Source: Nageia nagi
Lineage: Eukaryota; Plantae; Pinophyta
Reading direction: 5' to 3'
Length of the DNA stretch: 64,000 nucleotides
Assembly (NCBI GenBank): GCA_050084985.1
Contig: JBITNC010000001.1
Location: forward strand, 9,238,001-9,302,000
Numbering within the stretch: position 1 is the stretch's first letter; the number at the start of each line of letters is the position of its first letter. The translations under genes and the position numbers were made by a program. This document shows, piece after piece, positions 13,801 through 27,500 of this stretch. Under the pieces are notes generated by a model. It was not told where the DNA came from. It saw only the letters and a program-made list of their open reading frames with translations, and searched no databases.

Positions 13801-14745
13801 ACACGAGCTTCTCTTTTTCAGCCTTTGAGTAGCTACCTTTGTTTTCCTCTGCCTAGCACCATTGCTTGCTCACTCAAACATGTCTATGATGCCTCCTCTT
13901 CTTTACAGACAGGGTTGGCAAGGAAGCAATTCTTTATTGTCAATTTTCCTTCACAAAACAAGTGGGCCTCCTTTTTGTGTTTCGTGGCCTCCTTCAGACC
14001 ACCGTAGCCTCCCTATGCATTTCCCTTTCACGTGGGCCTTCTCTGCTATCAATACAACTTGTATGGACCTGACGACCTTGCATTGCAACCACACTCACGT
14101 TTCCTCTCTTCTTATAGTGCGTAGCTCAGACGCTTTACTCTTCACGCGATGGGTACACAATAGATCTTGTTTCCTCAAGTCCACAACTATCTTCAAGACA
14201 GGATCATCTTCCTAAACAAGTGTCTCACTTCTCAAGTCTTCTCGGGCGGACTCTTGATTTCCCAATCACTTACAAAAGTAATTAAAGATTACTTTTGTGG
14301 ACTCCTGCTTAATCACAATTTTTTCTCATCCATAGAGTTGTTGTTGTTGGCTGCCATGTAGGTTGCACAACACAATTTTGATGATGGTCGTTGAAGGGCT
14401 TGATAAGTTCCTTCAAGACTTCACCCCCTCTAACCCTATGACCAAGTAAGTTGTGATACCAAATATAGAACCATAATGTTCTGTTTATTGATCAAATGGA
14501 TTACAAATATATAGTTCTGTAAGAGAACTAGTAGACAAATAGGTGGTTGAGAAATATTCTTCTCATGACTCACAAATAACTATAACAATCCAAACTGTGT
14601 GGTTAACAAACCACTACAAGACAAATGACTCTCCATATGGTTACAACAAATCACTACAAGACAATACTACATGTCATTTCACATGCTCCACAATATTCTA
14701 ATCTAAATAATAACACCTAACCTTAGGGAGTTAATTATTCCAACA
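10868..14745 (-). mobile_element. Non-autonomous gag-only copia derivative (TR-GAG-like), 3.9 kb
   Basis: LTRs 10868-11163 and about 14464-14745; exact TSD AATAT. Degenerate Met PBS 14451-14461, PPT 11164-11174; no pol. Confidence 0.9.
11229..12972 (-). CDS. Copia Gag N-terminus fused (one frameshift) to a long acidic Glu/Asp/Cys-rich region
   Basis: VPRFDGDNYVQWSIIMKHLLKAKGLWEILEEG (DUF4219-type motif), then I.NCRTAQMAWKALKDDY (UBN2-type). 546-aa ORF 11229-12869. Confidence 0.7.
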
Positions 14746-17393
14746 AATATGAAATCATGCACATTTAGACTTCATACGTTTTGCATAACAACAAAATTTC
14801 TTCTCCTCAAGTTGGGCACACATTTCAAAGGTTTGTAATATAACAAAGGCAAACAATGAGTGCCCAAGTGCAAATAGGTTTTCAAGCATGGAAAATGGTC
14901 CCCCAAAGAGGAAAGAGTGAGGTTTTTGGCCAATAGCATATTGCCAAGTGACCAAAAGTTGTCAAAAAATCTATATACACAAGCTTGAAGCCTCCATTTG
15001 TCTCACAAACACTCCATTTCCCTCCCCAAGCATGCATTTTTGAAGCCAAAACACATCAAAAAAGAAAACATGCAAAAATTCTCAAAATCCATGTTTGAAG
15101 GCAAAAACTTCTCAAAAACATGGCTAAATACCTTTAAGATCCATTGTCTATCATTGGAACATTTAAACAACATTTTAAAAAAATTCCAAAATCAACCCCC
15201 CCTCCATTTTTCTCCATTTTTCAGACATATCCAAAAGTGAAAAAAGAGCACCAAACACCTTTTTCAAGCTTGAAAATTTCAAAAACTGAGTTGTTTGGAT
15301 AATTGAAACAAACTGCAAAGTTGAGCACCTTGGATAGATGAAGAAGACCCAACACTAGCTTACCTTGATCAGTGGGTTCTTCCCCAACTTCTAAATCCAT
15401 TTTCCAGGATCTAAAGCTGCCTAAAAAACATCAGTAACAACCCAAAAGCAGCAAAGTGATTCCGACTTCGAAAGTTTCTTTGTTTTATCTGAAATTGTCA
15501 AATAATGCTCATAGAATTATTGCCCATCCATCCATGAAGTTGTCACAAGATTCTGACAAGTTTGAAAATTTGCTCAAAATCACTCATAATCCTCTATGTC
15601 TCAGAAAATACTAAAAACCAGCCAAGAATCCATTCATGACATTTTCTCTTATGTTACAGGTCATTCATGAAGGATAACTCAATGAAGACTTGGAGAATTG
15701 CTCGCCAAAGAAGCCTGCAAAAGAAAAGCTTTCACAAAGGCAAATTTTGAAGAAATCTGACATCATGTGTGGAAATCCACCGTTATAATTCCAATTTTGG
15801 AGATTTTCCTATATTTAGTGATTTTCAGCTAACCTAGTGGCACACCTCTAAGACAGAATGTAATTTCAATTTCAATTTGCATTTCAATTTGAATTAGGGC
15901 AACAATAAGTTGCTCTCGAAAGTCTATAAGTATAGCCTAAGGGATCTTATTATGAGTGAAAATTTGTTAAAAAGGAGCAAACTTGAAAATTTGTGTAAAA
16001 CTCCCCTTTTCTATCAAATTAATGCAAAGTGGTGAACTATTGAATCAAAGTGGATTTCTCATCTATGGAGTTGTGGATTTGAATTTTTAGATCTTTTTTG
16101 TGTGATTTAGATGCGTTTGCATCCTTTCCTTGAATTTTTTTGAATTTTAGTAAAATATTTTTTGAAAATTTTTAAAAGGTGCTTGAAGCATTCCTAGATC
16201 GTTGCTAATCTATAACTTGCATGTTAAATAAATGTATTCTGAATTTTCTTTCATTCTATGTCATCCAGTTAGACTTTTCATTCAAAATGAAGTTTCTGAC
16301 ACGCTCATTGTGTTAAGATCGTACAATTGCTAATCGGTCTTTGAGAAGGTGTACCGACAATCAACTTTGCTCCTTGCTCCATTTTGGAAATAACTTGGAC
16401 TTATGTCATTTTTTTCTAGATTGGGTGAATTCGAATGAAATCTCTTAATCGATCTAAAACGTAAGAAATTTAGACAATGCTTCATTGTGATGGTCACTTT
16501 GAAATCTAACCAATACTGTGTTTTATCATTCTTGTTTTATTCTTTCTTTTTAATTTTTTTTTTTGAAAACACAACTTTTACTTTTTAGTCATTGCATAAA
16601 CAACTCTAGTACCCTATAAAACGTGAGTTAATTTCCATTACCTCTATCACACCATTGAGCTGATTCCTGAATAAGAGTTAGTAAGCTATCAAAATTGAAC
16701 TTTCATTTTGCAACTTTGAATACATAAATCTTGGGGTATCAGTCCTTACAAGAGGGGATAGGTAACACTATCTCACCTAAATGCTGGGTTGCTTTCCCAT
16801 TTATCGTCTTTTTGATGATCTTAGTTAGAGGAAAGATTTCCTTCCTAACAGCACCCAAATCAATGTTGCTTGTCCATGTACTTTCGAGAGACCTTCCTCC
16901 TATGAAGATGCCTTCTAGCTTGTACCCAACAATCAACAAAGGATTTTCCTATCACATTTTTTTTTGAGCCTCTTCTTTTGAGGGAGCCTGTAAGAGATGA
17001 TGTGACATGCCCCTCACACCCCACATCGTAGTAGGAGATGCCATTAGGTCACCTAGGTTCCTAAGGACTCAAAAAATTTCATCTTTCTTCTTGTACAACA
17101 ACATTAGAACAAACACGAGCCTCGTGGATTAGCGTTATCTCTCCCGAGGTGTAGAGCACTTACGTGCTTTCCCTTCGGAAAGGTCTAGGATGACGTCCCT
17201 CTTGCCATCTCAAATTTTATATCTCCTTCTATTTAGGGTTTTGATCTTCTTGTACGCGCTTATGTAATCTTTTTTCATGATTTTTGTATGAGACGCCTAG
17301 TAGGGTTTTGTTGGTTTCATGATTATGATTGTATATGCTAGTCCCATTGATTGCTTTTGGTCACTCGAGGACATTAATATACTTTATACTTTC

Positions 17394-18170
17394 TTTCTCT
17401 TTACTAGTTTATGTATGCTTTGGATGTTGAAAAAGTTCAAGATGGAAGATTGCACACTTTTCAAGATATTAACGATTTCTTGAGTTAAACTTATGGTTGG
17501 CATAGATGGTTTGGACGATTCTAAGGTTGATGCTAATCTTTTTAGGTCCATGGTGAGAAGTCTTTATCATCTCACCAATACGAGGCCCAATATTGCATAT
17601 TGGGATTCATACCTAGTGAGATTTCAAGTTAATTCGTATGAGTCACATTGGAAGGCAAACAAATGTTGCTTGAGATATGTAAAGGGCACCTACATGAAAG
17701 GGATCATGTATGAGAGCGATTGTGAATTCAAGTTTGTTTCGATGTGGATTTTGCAAGAGATGCTAATGGATGAAGGTTTGTATCAAGTTTTGTATTTTCT
17801 CGTGGGAGTAGACCTAGCACTTGGTCAAGTAAGCATAAACAAATAGTTTCTATATCTCCAATAGTAGCAACGTACGAAAGTATGGCTCATGCGACTTAGG
17901 AGACAATGTGGCTATGATATTCCTTGAAGGGATTTGAACAACAAACTCGTACACTCTATACATTGATAATCAAGGCGCCATAGTACTTTCAAAGAACCTT
18001 GTTATTCATCAAAGGACCAAGCACATCAAGATTCATAAGCATTACCTATAAGATTTAATATTGGTAAACAAAGTGGAGCTTCAATATGTACCTTTTGAGT
18101 ATAAACTTGTGGACATCTTCACCAAGTATAGAGGTTGTTGATTGGTTTTTCTCGTTAGAGAAAAATTAGG
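17394..18170 (+). mobile_element. Ty1/copia RT/RNase H remnant, continuation of 3550-4172
   Basis: YALD.LKKFKMEDC, FRSMVRSLYHLTNTRPNIAY, HWKA.K..LRYVKGT, WSSK, IDNQGAIVLSKN.V.HQRTKHI, DIFTK. The reading resumes where 4172 stops (GGVSL|). Confidence 0.88.
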
Positions 18171-18472
18171 ACAACGATGGGTTAAAACCCCTCCTTTTGA
18201 TATGAGGTGTTCCTCAAGAAGCAACATGGATTTTCCTTCAGGCTGGTGTGATAACTTTAACCATATTTCCCATTATAGTTAATTCTTAATCATGTGAGTT
18301 AACCCTGATGAATATCTCTTACAGGTGAAATTTTTCAATCCAATCTAATTGCAAAGCAAGCTTGTTAGATTGTTGAGTTCTCAGGTTTCTTTCGATGGTT
18401 TTTGCTCACTCTGTTTCACACCGAAGATATCAATTTGGCTTAGCGTGTCTATCTCTTCCCAAGATGTTTGCC

Positions 18473-20303
18473 TAATGCTGCATAGCTTGCATAAAACATC
18501 ATCTACCTTCACAAGTTAGCTATACAATAAACTTGATAACTCATGAAAGGACATCAATTCAGAATCAAAGATAAAATTACTTAATAACAAACTTGTAACT
18601 TTATTCTTTTTCTTTGGAATGATTTCATAAGAAAATAAACAACACAAGATAGAAGCAAAATTGATGTCTTTATTGATATAACAAACCTCATTACATCAAT
18701 TCTTTTGCCTCCCATGAGATCCCTAAAATGAAGAGTATTTCCCAATTTATAATATTATTGGGCAATTAAAAATGACTCTTCAATTACCCTAACCTATGAC
18801 CTTTGAAATGTTTATCAAAAGAAACCCTAATCCTAATTACATAGCCTACTGCCAAGTGTTATTTCAAAATCTATCTAGATTCTATTACAATGAAATTAAA
18901 ATTACAATAAAATTGAAAATATCTAGCCTATACGAAATTAACTAATTTCCCTATAAAAGTGTAAAATCCCAAAAATTCTACACCTGGAAATTATCCAAAT
19001 ATTCAACAAATATTAAATTATGGCCTTATTTATGCAACAAACTGATCTAGGGCACCAAACATGCAATAGCATATGCCAAAATCCACGTCTCACTCCCTTA
19101 GGAAATAAACACTCTAATAAGCTCAATGTCACACAAGGGCATCAAGATATCATGCAAATTAATTATTAATGGGCCAAGAAACATGATGTCACATGTAAGG
19201 AAGCAATATTACACCGAACACACATCAAAATGAGACAATAATGGGAGATCAAGTGTGTCGATGCTCAATTAATGGAGAAATGATGAGTACTAAGCAATAC
19301 CAGGGTCAATGTGCTCAACGTTGGCCTCGAAGGAGCCAACTAGGGCACACAAATGTGCAAATCTGATCATTGAAGAAGATATGCAATAGAAAAACCACAC
19401 TCTACTAGATCTATGGATGCCACATGGAAGGGCTTTCTCACAAGCTAGCTCCTGACAAAGAGAACAAGTGTAGTTCCAGAATACCATCGGATGGATTCAA
19501 AGATGCTGACCGCTATGGACGCCTCAAGGAAGGGCAACCTCACAACATGAACAATCACCTCAACCGCAGAATAGAAGGTTTTCCAAGCCTCCTAGTCTCT
19601 CCCTGAACTACACGTCCAAGGGTGCTTGATGCCGCCAAGTCTTTAGAAGCTCCAAAACGAAAAAAAAGGTTTCAATATCAAAATCAACATATTTTTTCAA
19701 TGATGTAAATCTCCTTCATATAGTTTCCTCCTAGATCTAGATCTCACCTATGAATCATGCATATGCTTAGGGATGCCAATAATCACATCTAGTGGTCCAT
19801 ATTACAAGATCCAATAGCTAGATATGCAACGCTTTATTATTGAAGACTAATATTGCATTACAATTATTAATATGCCTTGGAATCATGTATTACAACTCAT
19901 ACAAGTGGTCCCATTATTATAATGATAAAATGCACTAAATCTACTCTTAACTATCAAACCCACACCTAAATACCATCATTAACATATCCCAAGGAGAGGG
20001 ACGTCACACTCCAAGGGGTCAATATGGAGATGTTCTTAGATTTTTGTGCATGGACGTGGTATGGAAGATTGGTCCCACTGGTGAACTTTAAGAGGCCATA
20101 ACTCTTTCGTTTCCTGATGAAACCATGTTTTATAACTTGTCAAAATGTTTCCCACGAGATGCTCTATCCAATGAAGAAGTATAATCAACCATCCAAAACC
20201 TGTGGCAAACACAATCTTCAAAAAGGGAATACCAGAGATTTTAAATCTTACCAATTTAACCCAAAAGGGGATGTTACAGAAAGCTGAAAGTATCCCAAAA
20301 ACA
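18473..20303. mobile_element. Probable small solo LTR (about 0.5 kb net) interrupted by another solo LTR
   Basis: Exact TSD TTGCC (18468-18472, 20304-20308) with TA...CA ends. Removing it leaves a 133-bp candidate intron. Confidence 0.5.
18960..20278 (-). mobile_element. Solo LTR (1.3 kb) related to the LTRs of the 30267-42341 element
   Basis: TGTAAAATCCC...GGGATGTTACA; TSD AAAAG/GAAAG; colinear homology with 30267-31549. Confidence 0.88.
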
Positions 20304-20869
20304 TTGCCATGTGTCATGCTAAGCCTTTTGAGGTTGGCAACCTTCTTTCCTAGGTTGCTGTCAGCAGAGAGTAATCCCAGCTTTGAAACTATTGCATGCT
20401 GCTTGGTATTTTCTTCATTTGATATGTGTCATTTATCGTTCCGGTTCGTACCTTCCATGCAATTATTTCAATAATAGCTACATATATATATTCCTACAAA
20501 CAAGATCCTCACTTTAGATTGTAAATGAACCTTTTAAACATAAAATGAAATTGAAATCAAAGCAAACAAATACTCTCTTCTTTAGATATATTAGTTTCGA
20601 GGGTGAATGAGAAACACATAATTTTCTGTTTGTGTTTTCAGTTTGAAATTCATTTTTTGATGCTTTCATGTTGAAGCTCTCTTCTTTCCAAGGATTCGAA
20701 CGATGATAGAAACAAAGTCCCGGTGCTAAATTTATGGCCTTGCCAGACAATCCTTGAGCCTTTCTTCAGTATTCTTACAACCAGACCATGTACTTGACTG
20801 TTAACTACATTTGAGTGTTTTCTTGGTCTGTCAACTTTCATCAATATCTTAGCTCTTTTAACATTGTCC

Positions 20870-21140
20870 TCAGGTCGCAAGTTGCACATTTGCAAAATGA
20901 TAGATCTTGTGTTTTTCACATTTGCAACTTGCCCACATTGAATTTGGTAGATCTTGTATTTTTCACATTTGCAACTTGCCCACATTGAATTTGGTTAAGT
21001 GTTGAAGGTCACACATTGCACATTCGCAAGATGGTAGATCTTGTGTTTTTTACATTTGTGACTTGTCCATATTGAATTTGGTTTAGTGTCGAAGATCGCA
21101 CATTTGCAAGATGGTAGATCTTCTATTTTCCACATTTGCG
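20870..21140. repeat. Minisatellite-like tandem repeat (45-85 bp units)
   Basis: cacatttgcaa..tggtagatcttgtgtttttcacatttgcaacttgcccacattgaatttggt repeated about 4 times. Confidence 0.8.
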
Positions 21141-23089
21141 AAGTGCAACTAAGATATTTCAAATTTGTATCAAGAAAACATTTTCATTGCTATCTTTGTT
21201 CCAAGCTGGTCCAAATGAGTAGCTGTATGACATATTTAGCTTGCCAACGACCAGTTCGAGTCATTTGAAATTCTGGCCTGTTCTTAGGGTGATTTTGACA
21301 GTTTTGAATTAAATTGCCAAAAAGGGAACGATGAACGATTTTATGCATAACTTTCGTGTATGAATTCTTTTTCTCTATCTGTTAGATTTGTGAGATTCTT
21401 GGAACCGATATCTTTCCAATGAGTGGCTGCAAGGCATGTTTCAAAAATCCTTGAAAAACCTGTGAATTAGCAATTGAATGAAATTGTTCATTCTTAATAA
21501 AACTTGAAATTTTAATCTTGCAAACCGTAGCTCCATTTGACAAGCTGTAAAAAGTAATGGGTTCATGATGTGGATCTCTTTGACATGGAATCATAAAATT
21601 CACTATTTGATAATTCTTTTTTTATCTATTGTGTTTTCATCTGTTTGGACTATGGCAGCTGAGGACGACTTCATTAGGCATGCTCACTTAGGAAATTTGG
21701 GAGATGGATAAAATGCAACGAGCATGAAGGTATCAAACAAGACCATGAGTAAAACAATAATCAACCATGATGCGGAGTTGAAAACATAAAAGATTCTTCT
21801 TTTTTTCAGAATTTTAAAAGCTCAAAATTGGGATGGTAACAAAGGTAACATTTGTTGGATTATGCAAGTGATTTCGTGTTTAAGATGTGAGGCATGAGGC
21901 AGAATGTTAAGCGTTATGCCTGCACATTCTCTTAACTCATATCCAACTTTTAAGAGGGTGTTAGGAAATGAGTCATTAATAATATTATGGCATTAAACAC
22001 CTAATACTTAAAATATTATTATTTTTTATGCATAAATATATTATGTCCACTAATACATTTATATTATTTGTTACTTTATTGTGAGCCATATGCTATTAGG
22101 TTTTGTGTATAATTACAACTTGCCTTTGGTATATTCACATCATCTTTTATCATCCCCTATCATCATAGTTATTTAGGGCTATGGTCCACATATAATCTCT
22201 TGTTCATACACTTTGGATTTGTGGTTGTTACGTGAAGGTTTATAGCTTATGCATTTTTATGTCTTGGGTCTACTTACGAATAAAGAGTACCATGTTAATG
22301 AGGTGGTTAATTTGTTGTATATTACTCAAATGTTCACTCTTTAACATATGTTTATATGTGATTGTGTTGCAATCAAAGGAAAATCTTAGACAAGGGCAAG
22401 CGTATCCACATTCTCATTTGTTGTAGACAATTTGCCACTTCTTAGATTAAGATTTAAAGAAGATATAATTTTTGTAGAACCTCTTATTGAAATGCATGCT
22501 AAGTGAACTCTTACTCAATGTCATATTTTCCATGGAATGTTGAATATAGATGCCTATGTGTAAAAGTTCTGCATCTTTGAAATGAAGTTGTGGCGTCTAG
22601 TGGCTTCATGAATTACGAGAACTAAAATAATTTGTAGAATATGCACAAAACAATCTTATGTATTGTACCCTTGGTTGTTTGATTTTTCACCTTGTCTACT
22701 CTCGCCAATTATCCATCCACTGTCACCATTATCTTATCAATAGTTTAACTAACAACAATGGATAATGACTTGTACATATGAGTACATTTGAGAAGATGTC
22801 ATTAAAATGGTCGTAAAGTTGCAAGCATAGTCTCTCATTAGAAATGCATGAAAAATAACATGCCCAAGAACTTGATAAAGCTTCTATAAGGCCAAACCTT
22901 AGTATGGAAGATTCAATGCTAGGGCATGTATAGTGTTGTTGAGTGCCTAGAGATTCTTTTAGTTAATTTTTTATTCCATATAATATCTCACTATATGTAT
23001 GTTTATTAATGTAGGAGAGAGGATATATATACACGAGTAAAGCAGGTACATAACTCCTATAACGAACTATATATGAGAATGACCTTAAA

Positions 23090-24500
23090 CTACCCCCCTT
23101 ATGATATAATAATGCCCACTATTTTGGATGAGATTTGATAAAATCATCAATAGAATAGTTGTGCATCATAGTTTGCAACTCCCGTCCAGATATTTCTAAG
23201 TTATGAGTTCCATCCTTGATAAGTGCTCTGCCTTTATGTTGTTCTACCTTATCACTCTTTGTAAGTTGGAAAACAGATAGAAGATTGACTTTTAAATAGG
23301 GTAAATGTGGAAATTGTTAAAATATCCATTAGAGAGAGTACTTCACAATTCTGCTACCACAAATGGGCAAAACCTCATCATTGGCTCCCTTTAGTCGTCT
23401 CATAAAATGGAATCCCCATTACAAGCAAGTACAAAGAGACCTATTTCTTTAAGTCGAAGATTCATGAAAGGATTGTACAAAAAGAACTCTACCTTGTTGA
23501 GAAGATTGTGCAAACGTCAAGAGATTCTTGCCTTACAATCCACCTTTAGTGCCCTTGGAAGTGCTAAATTTCTTGATCTCCTCTTCCATATCATCAATCT
23601 TCTTAAAGAAACAACAAGCCTTATGTCTTTTCTCCTTGGAATAGTCACAAATCTTCTTACACTTATCTTTTTCTTTTTCATAATCCTTGGATTCCTCATG
23701 ATCCTTGGAAGACTATGATACTTCAAAATTATTTCCTTTTCCTTTTTCGTTGCCCTTACCTTTGAACTTATCCTTCGATTCTTCCACTTTAAAGACATTG
23801 ACTTGCAATAATTACTTGCCACTAGCTTTCATTTCTTCTTGATTAGAGATCAGCTGGTTGCGAAGTTCCACCAAGGTTTTAACTTTTAAGTAAAGATAGG
23901 CCCATATGTTTTTCCACTTTCAAAACTAGAATGTAATCCTCAAAAGAGGATGGTAAGGTATGAAGAATTGATCAACAAGCTATTTTTTCGTTTGGATGAT
24001 ACCACTACATGACTTCTCTTCTTGTTGCAATGATTTAATCTTGTTAAAGAATTGCCCAACCCCATTACAATTTTCAAGACATTGATACATGAGTTGTTTG
24101 TGATACAAAGTTTGATCTGCAGTACCATGGCTACAGGTATCTTGAATTATTTGGCTACAGGTATCTTGAATTATTTGCCACACAGTCCAAGGGTCTTCTT
24201 ATTGGCAATGTGATAATGTGAGTAAGGGGTCATGTTTGGCTTCAACTTCCTTCTTGAGATCTTTCTTGTGTACTTGAGCATCAATCTCACGGAAAGAAAG
24301 GTTTTAACTTCCTTTACCAAAGAGTCGAAGTTTCTCTTGACACACCAACTTGGCCAAAGGTGTCTTCAATGGTTTTCCACATTGTCCAAGGCCTGCTTTG
24401 CAATGAGATAACATAATTTTGAGATAAGGCTATAGTTGAGAAATATTACCACAAACTCTTTTTTCTCAAACGTTATTTTTGGTTTTAGCTTCATTCTTGA
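23090..24500 (-). mobile_element. Highly degenerate copia gag/integrase remnant
   Basis: Traces of gag N-terminus (about 24380-24470), UBN2-like region, decayed zinc knuckle (about 23600-23660), SIDDF (about 23135) and PPT-like tacccccctt at 23091-23100. Confidence 0.45.
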
Positions 24501-27500
24501 TATCCTTATCTCTCTTAGAGTGATTCAATATCCTTCACCCAAGAGTTGATGTTGCTCAAGTTTAGATGGATTTTCTGATTTCCATGGCGCTCAATGATGC
24601 ACAAAAACAAGGGTCTTAAAGTTTGTGAAATAGACAACTCAGACAGGAGAGAAATAATTTATACCTTATCACATTTGTAGTCCTTAGAACATGCTTCTTT
24701 TCATAAAAAAGATGACAAAAAATGCACAAGCATGGCCCTAAATGGTCTATAGAACCTTCAAGGGATGAAAAGGGGTAAATTGGGGTTTGGAACACCTTTA
24801 AATGATTCAGAAATAATCCTTCAGAGTTGGCAAAACTGCCAAAAATGCCGCTAAAGTTGGTAAAGTCTAACAAATAGTAGGTTAGCAAGGTTCCAAGTAG
24901 TTATTAGGACTGTCAAAGTTTAGTGACGAGCATTAAAATTTAGTGGTATGTTTTTTTTTTTTCATTGCAAACTTTGAAGTGCAATAACTCCAAATTGCAA
25001 ACATAAAGAAGCATCGGAAAGATAATAGAGTTCACTTTGTAGCAGCAGTGCTTGCATGCCTCTTCTCCACAATTGCAATTTCTTCTCGAGGCCAGAAGGC
25101 TTGTGCTTTGAGAAGTGCTATTTTGAAAAATTAAATAACTCTTTTTTTGTGAAAACTTTGAAGTGTAATAACTTGAGTTCTAGAATTCCAAATCATGAAT
25201 TGAAAGAAGCATCGAAGAGCTAAGAGAGAGCAGTGTGCAGCAACAACACTTGTATACCTTCACTTTATAGCTATAACCTAATCTTGGGGCTGAAAAGCCT
25301 ATTTGTAATACAAATTGGTGGTACTAGAAGCAAAATATTTTACAAAGTTAGAAGGATAATATCTTAAGCCGTAGGAGTTCAGATCACACACAAAAAAAGT
25401 ATTGGAGAGCTGGAAAAAGTGCTTTATATTGGCAACTCTTGAACTCCATTAGTCTGCAATTCTAACTTCTTGTCGGGGTTGGAAATTTTGAATCTTTTAT
25501 ATCAAATTTGCTTTTGTATGATAAAATAGTAAGTCTTAAGAAAGGAATACCCATCATGCAAATCAGGTCAGTAGAGGAAAAATACAACAAACTAAAGGAT
25601 AAATAATAATGAGAGGCAGAATATATAAGATGCTGAAGGACCAAACACTTAGTTAATATGGTGTCTATATCTGATAAATAAGTGAGGTGTAATGTATGGG
25701 TGTAAATATGAAAGCCTGGTATATACAAAAATAAAAATATTTAGTGGTAACCTTTATAAAATGATATTAGGTTGCACACATTATTATGTAAGAAATAAAT
25801 ATAATGTTATAATGTCAGTTGTGCTGTGAAGAATTTTTTTGCCACAGTAACTCTGAATCAGCAGAGGTGGAAGTCGCCTAACATCTTAGGTGGAAACACG
25901 TTACTTATTCCCCGCTTATAAGGACTGATTACCGCAAGGTTTTTGCGAAATTTGTGCTACAAACAAATGAACCACTTATACAAGTATTACCTACAATGAG
26001 TGTGGAGCAAGTCTTTCTTAATTTTGAAGTTTTTCTCTTTAGGATATCAGTTTGCGTGGATTGTTTTGCAGATAAAAACTATTAACCAACATATTATATA
26101 TAGAATTTGTTCATAATATTTGTGTATGAATTTAGAAGGTGTATTTGGATTTTGAAAGCATAAAGGCAATACAGTAAATGAGAGACTACACTTATGAGAG
26201 GGAAATAAATACTTTGTTGGGTACCAAATCGATCAACACGACAAAGCATTGTCTAAACAGTTCATTCCTTTCGAATCAATTAAGAAAGTTTCATCCAAGT
26301 CATCCAACTTTGCAAACAAACAACTATTGTTCGAGTTGTTTCAAAGAGAAGCGGGAAGTGAAGCTGATTGTAAACATTCAAATGGACGTGATGGAAGAAC
26401 ATGGGAAGAACTTAGGAGTTTGGATGAAAATTCTAGTTTGATATCATAAAAGTGGAAACAAATTCAGATATCTTACCTAACATGCATGTTATTAATTAAG
26501 CAATTACCAAAGACTAGTTTCAAACACTTTATAAAAATAATGCAATGATATGTTCCCTAAAACTCGTAAGTTTTCAAAGGAAGGATGCGAAAGTGTCAAA
26601 CCAACAAAAATAGCCCTTAAGGTTCAATTCATTATACTACAAATGTATAATCAACTTCAATCTTTGCTTTAACCACTCTGTATTGATTTATAAAAGAGTT
26701 ATGCAGAAATACATCAATTTGCACCGTTTTTACAAAAGTTTCACTTTTTCTCATAAAATGAGCTCTGACTATAATAAGACCCCATAGGGTTTATTTATAG
26801 ACTTTTCTTGGAAACCCTAATTCTTAATTTGCAAAAATGAAATGCTAATTGAATGCTAAATTGAAATTACAATTTCATTTAGTGGGAGAAAACTCTCATC
26901 CCACTACTTTTACTTTTAAACAAACTACTTCTAGAAATTGATGCCTATTGTAATGGATCTTGAGGTGTTTTGCATCAATTTGGCAAAATTTGGAGCTCCA
27001 AATCATCATTCTGGGTTCATTCGCTAGTCTTTTGAGCTCCTTTTTTTCAATCTAGATTCGCCCTTCAAGATGAACATCTTGACAAATTTTCAAGCAATTT
27101 TGAAAAGATGTTTCAAAAAGGTGAATTTTTGGACTATTTTATCTGAAAATGGAGGGGGAGTCGATTTGGCAAAATTTTTAGATTGTGATTTTTGGCAATG
27201 GATCGGTGAAGGATGGATCAAGGAGGTCTTTACCAAGTTTTTAGAGGATTTGGGGTTTTCAAAATATGTTTTGGGCATGGGAAGACATTTTTGTTTGTTT
27301 GATGGTTTTTGGCTTGTGAAATGCATGATTAGAGAGCAATATACGAGGTTTGTGATGCAAATGAGGGGTTTGGCTTGTATTTGTAGAGCTTTGGACTTTG
27401 CTCTTTTCCCTTAAGAGGGCATTTTGGATGCTCATAGGGTCATTTGCATGCTAGGAAAGGGTTTTGCTCTTTGAAAATGCAACAAAAAAGGGGGTAAAGG

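Larger units (their letters stand above)
10290..16850 (+). mobile_element. Giant solo LTR B (about 2.7 kb net), Tat-like family, opposite orientation to LTR A
   Basis: Starts TGTTGTGCTCGCAAAACA, ends ttcctaaca; TSD GTACC/GCACC. 16600-16850 is the reverse-complement homolog of 4542-4790. Confidence 0.8.
4173..17393 (+). mobile_element. 5'-truncated non-L1 LINE (RTEX-like) in three pieces: 4173-4541, 9652-10289, 16851-17393
   Basis: KLELFQILVIPTILYGANVWG (4270-4332) and GQFWVFSHELRIET...C...EDHFAFQC..Y.I (about 10080-10230). The frame LSTLLQYP|NQCCLSMYFRE rejoins across 10289/16856. Short tactt-repeat tail; 9-bp TSD TTTCTCTTT at 4164-4172 and 17394-17402. Confidence 0.75.

Noticed and set aside
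4542-16850. One large element with terminal inverted repeats
   Set aside because: The inverted homology comes from two separate solo LTRs, each with its own TSD and LINE sequence between them.
17110-17195. Weak resemblance to the Tat LTR end (gtgctttccc)
   Set aside because: Too short, no terminus or TSD; lies in the LINE 3' region.
21950-22900. PPT-like aagaggg followed by tgttagg, possible LTR
   Set aside because: No partner LTR or TSD found.
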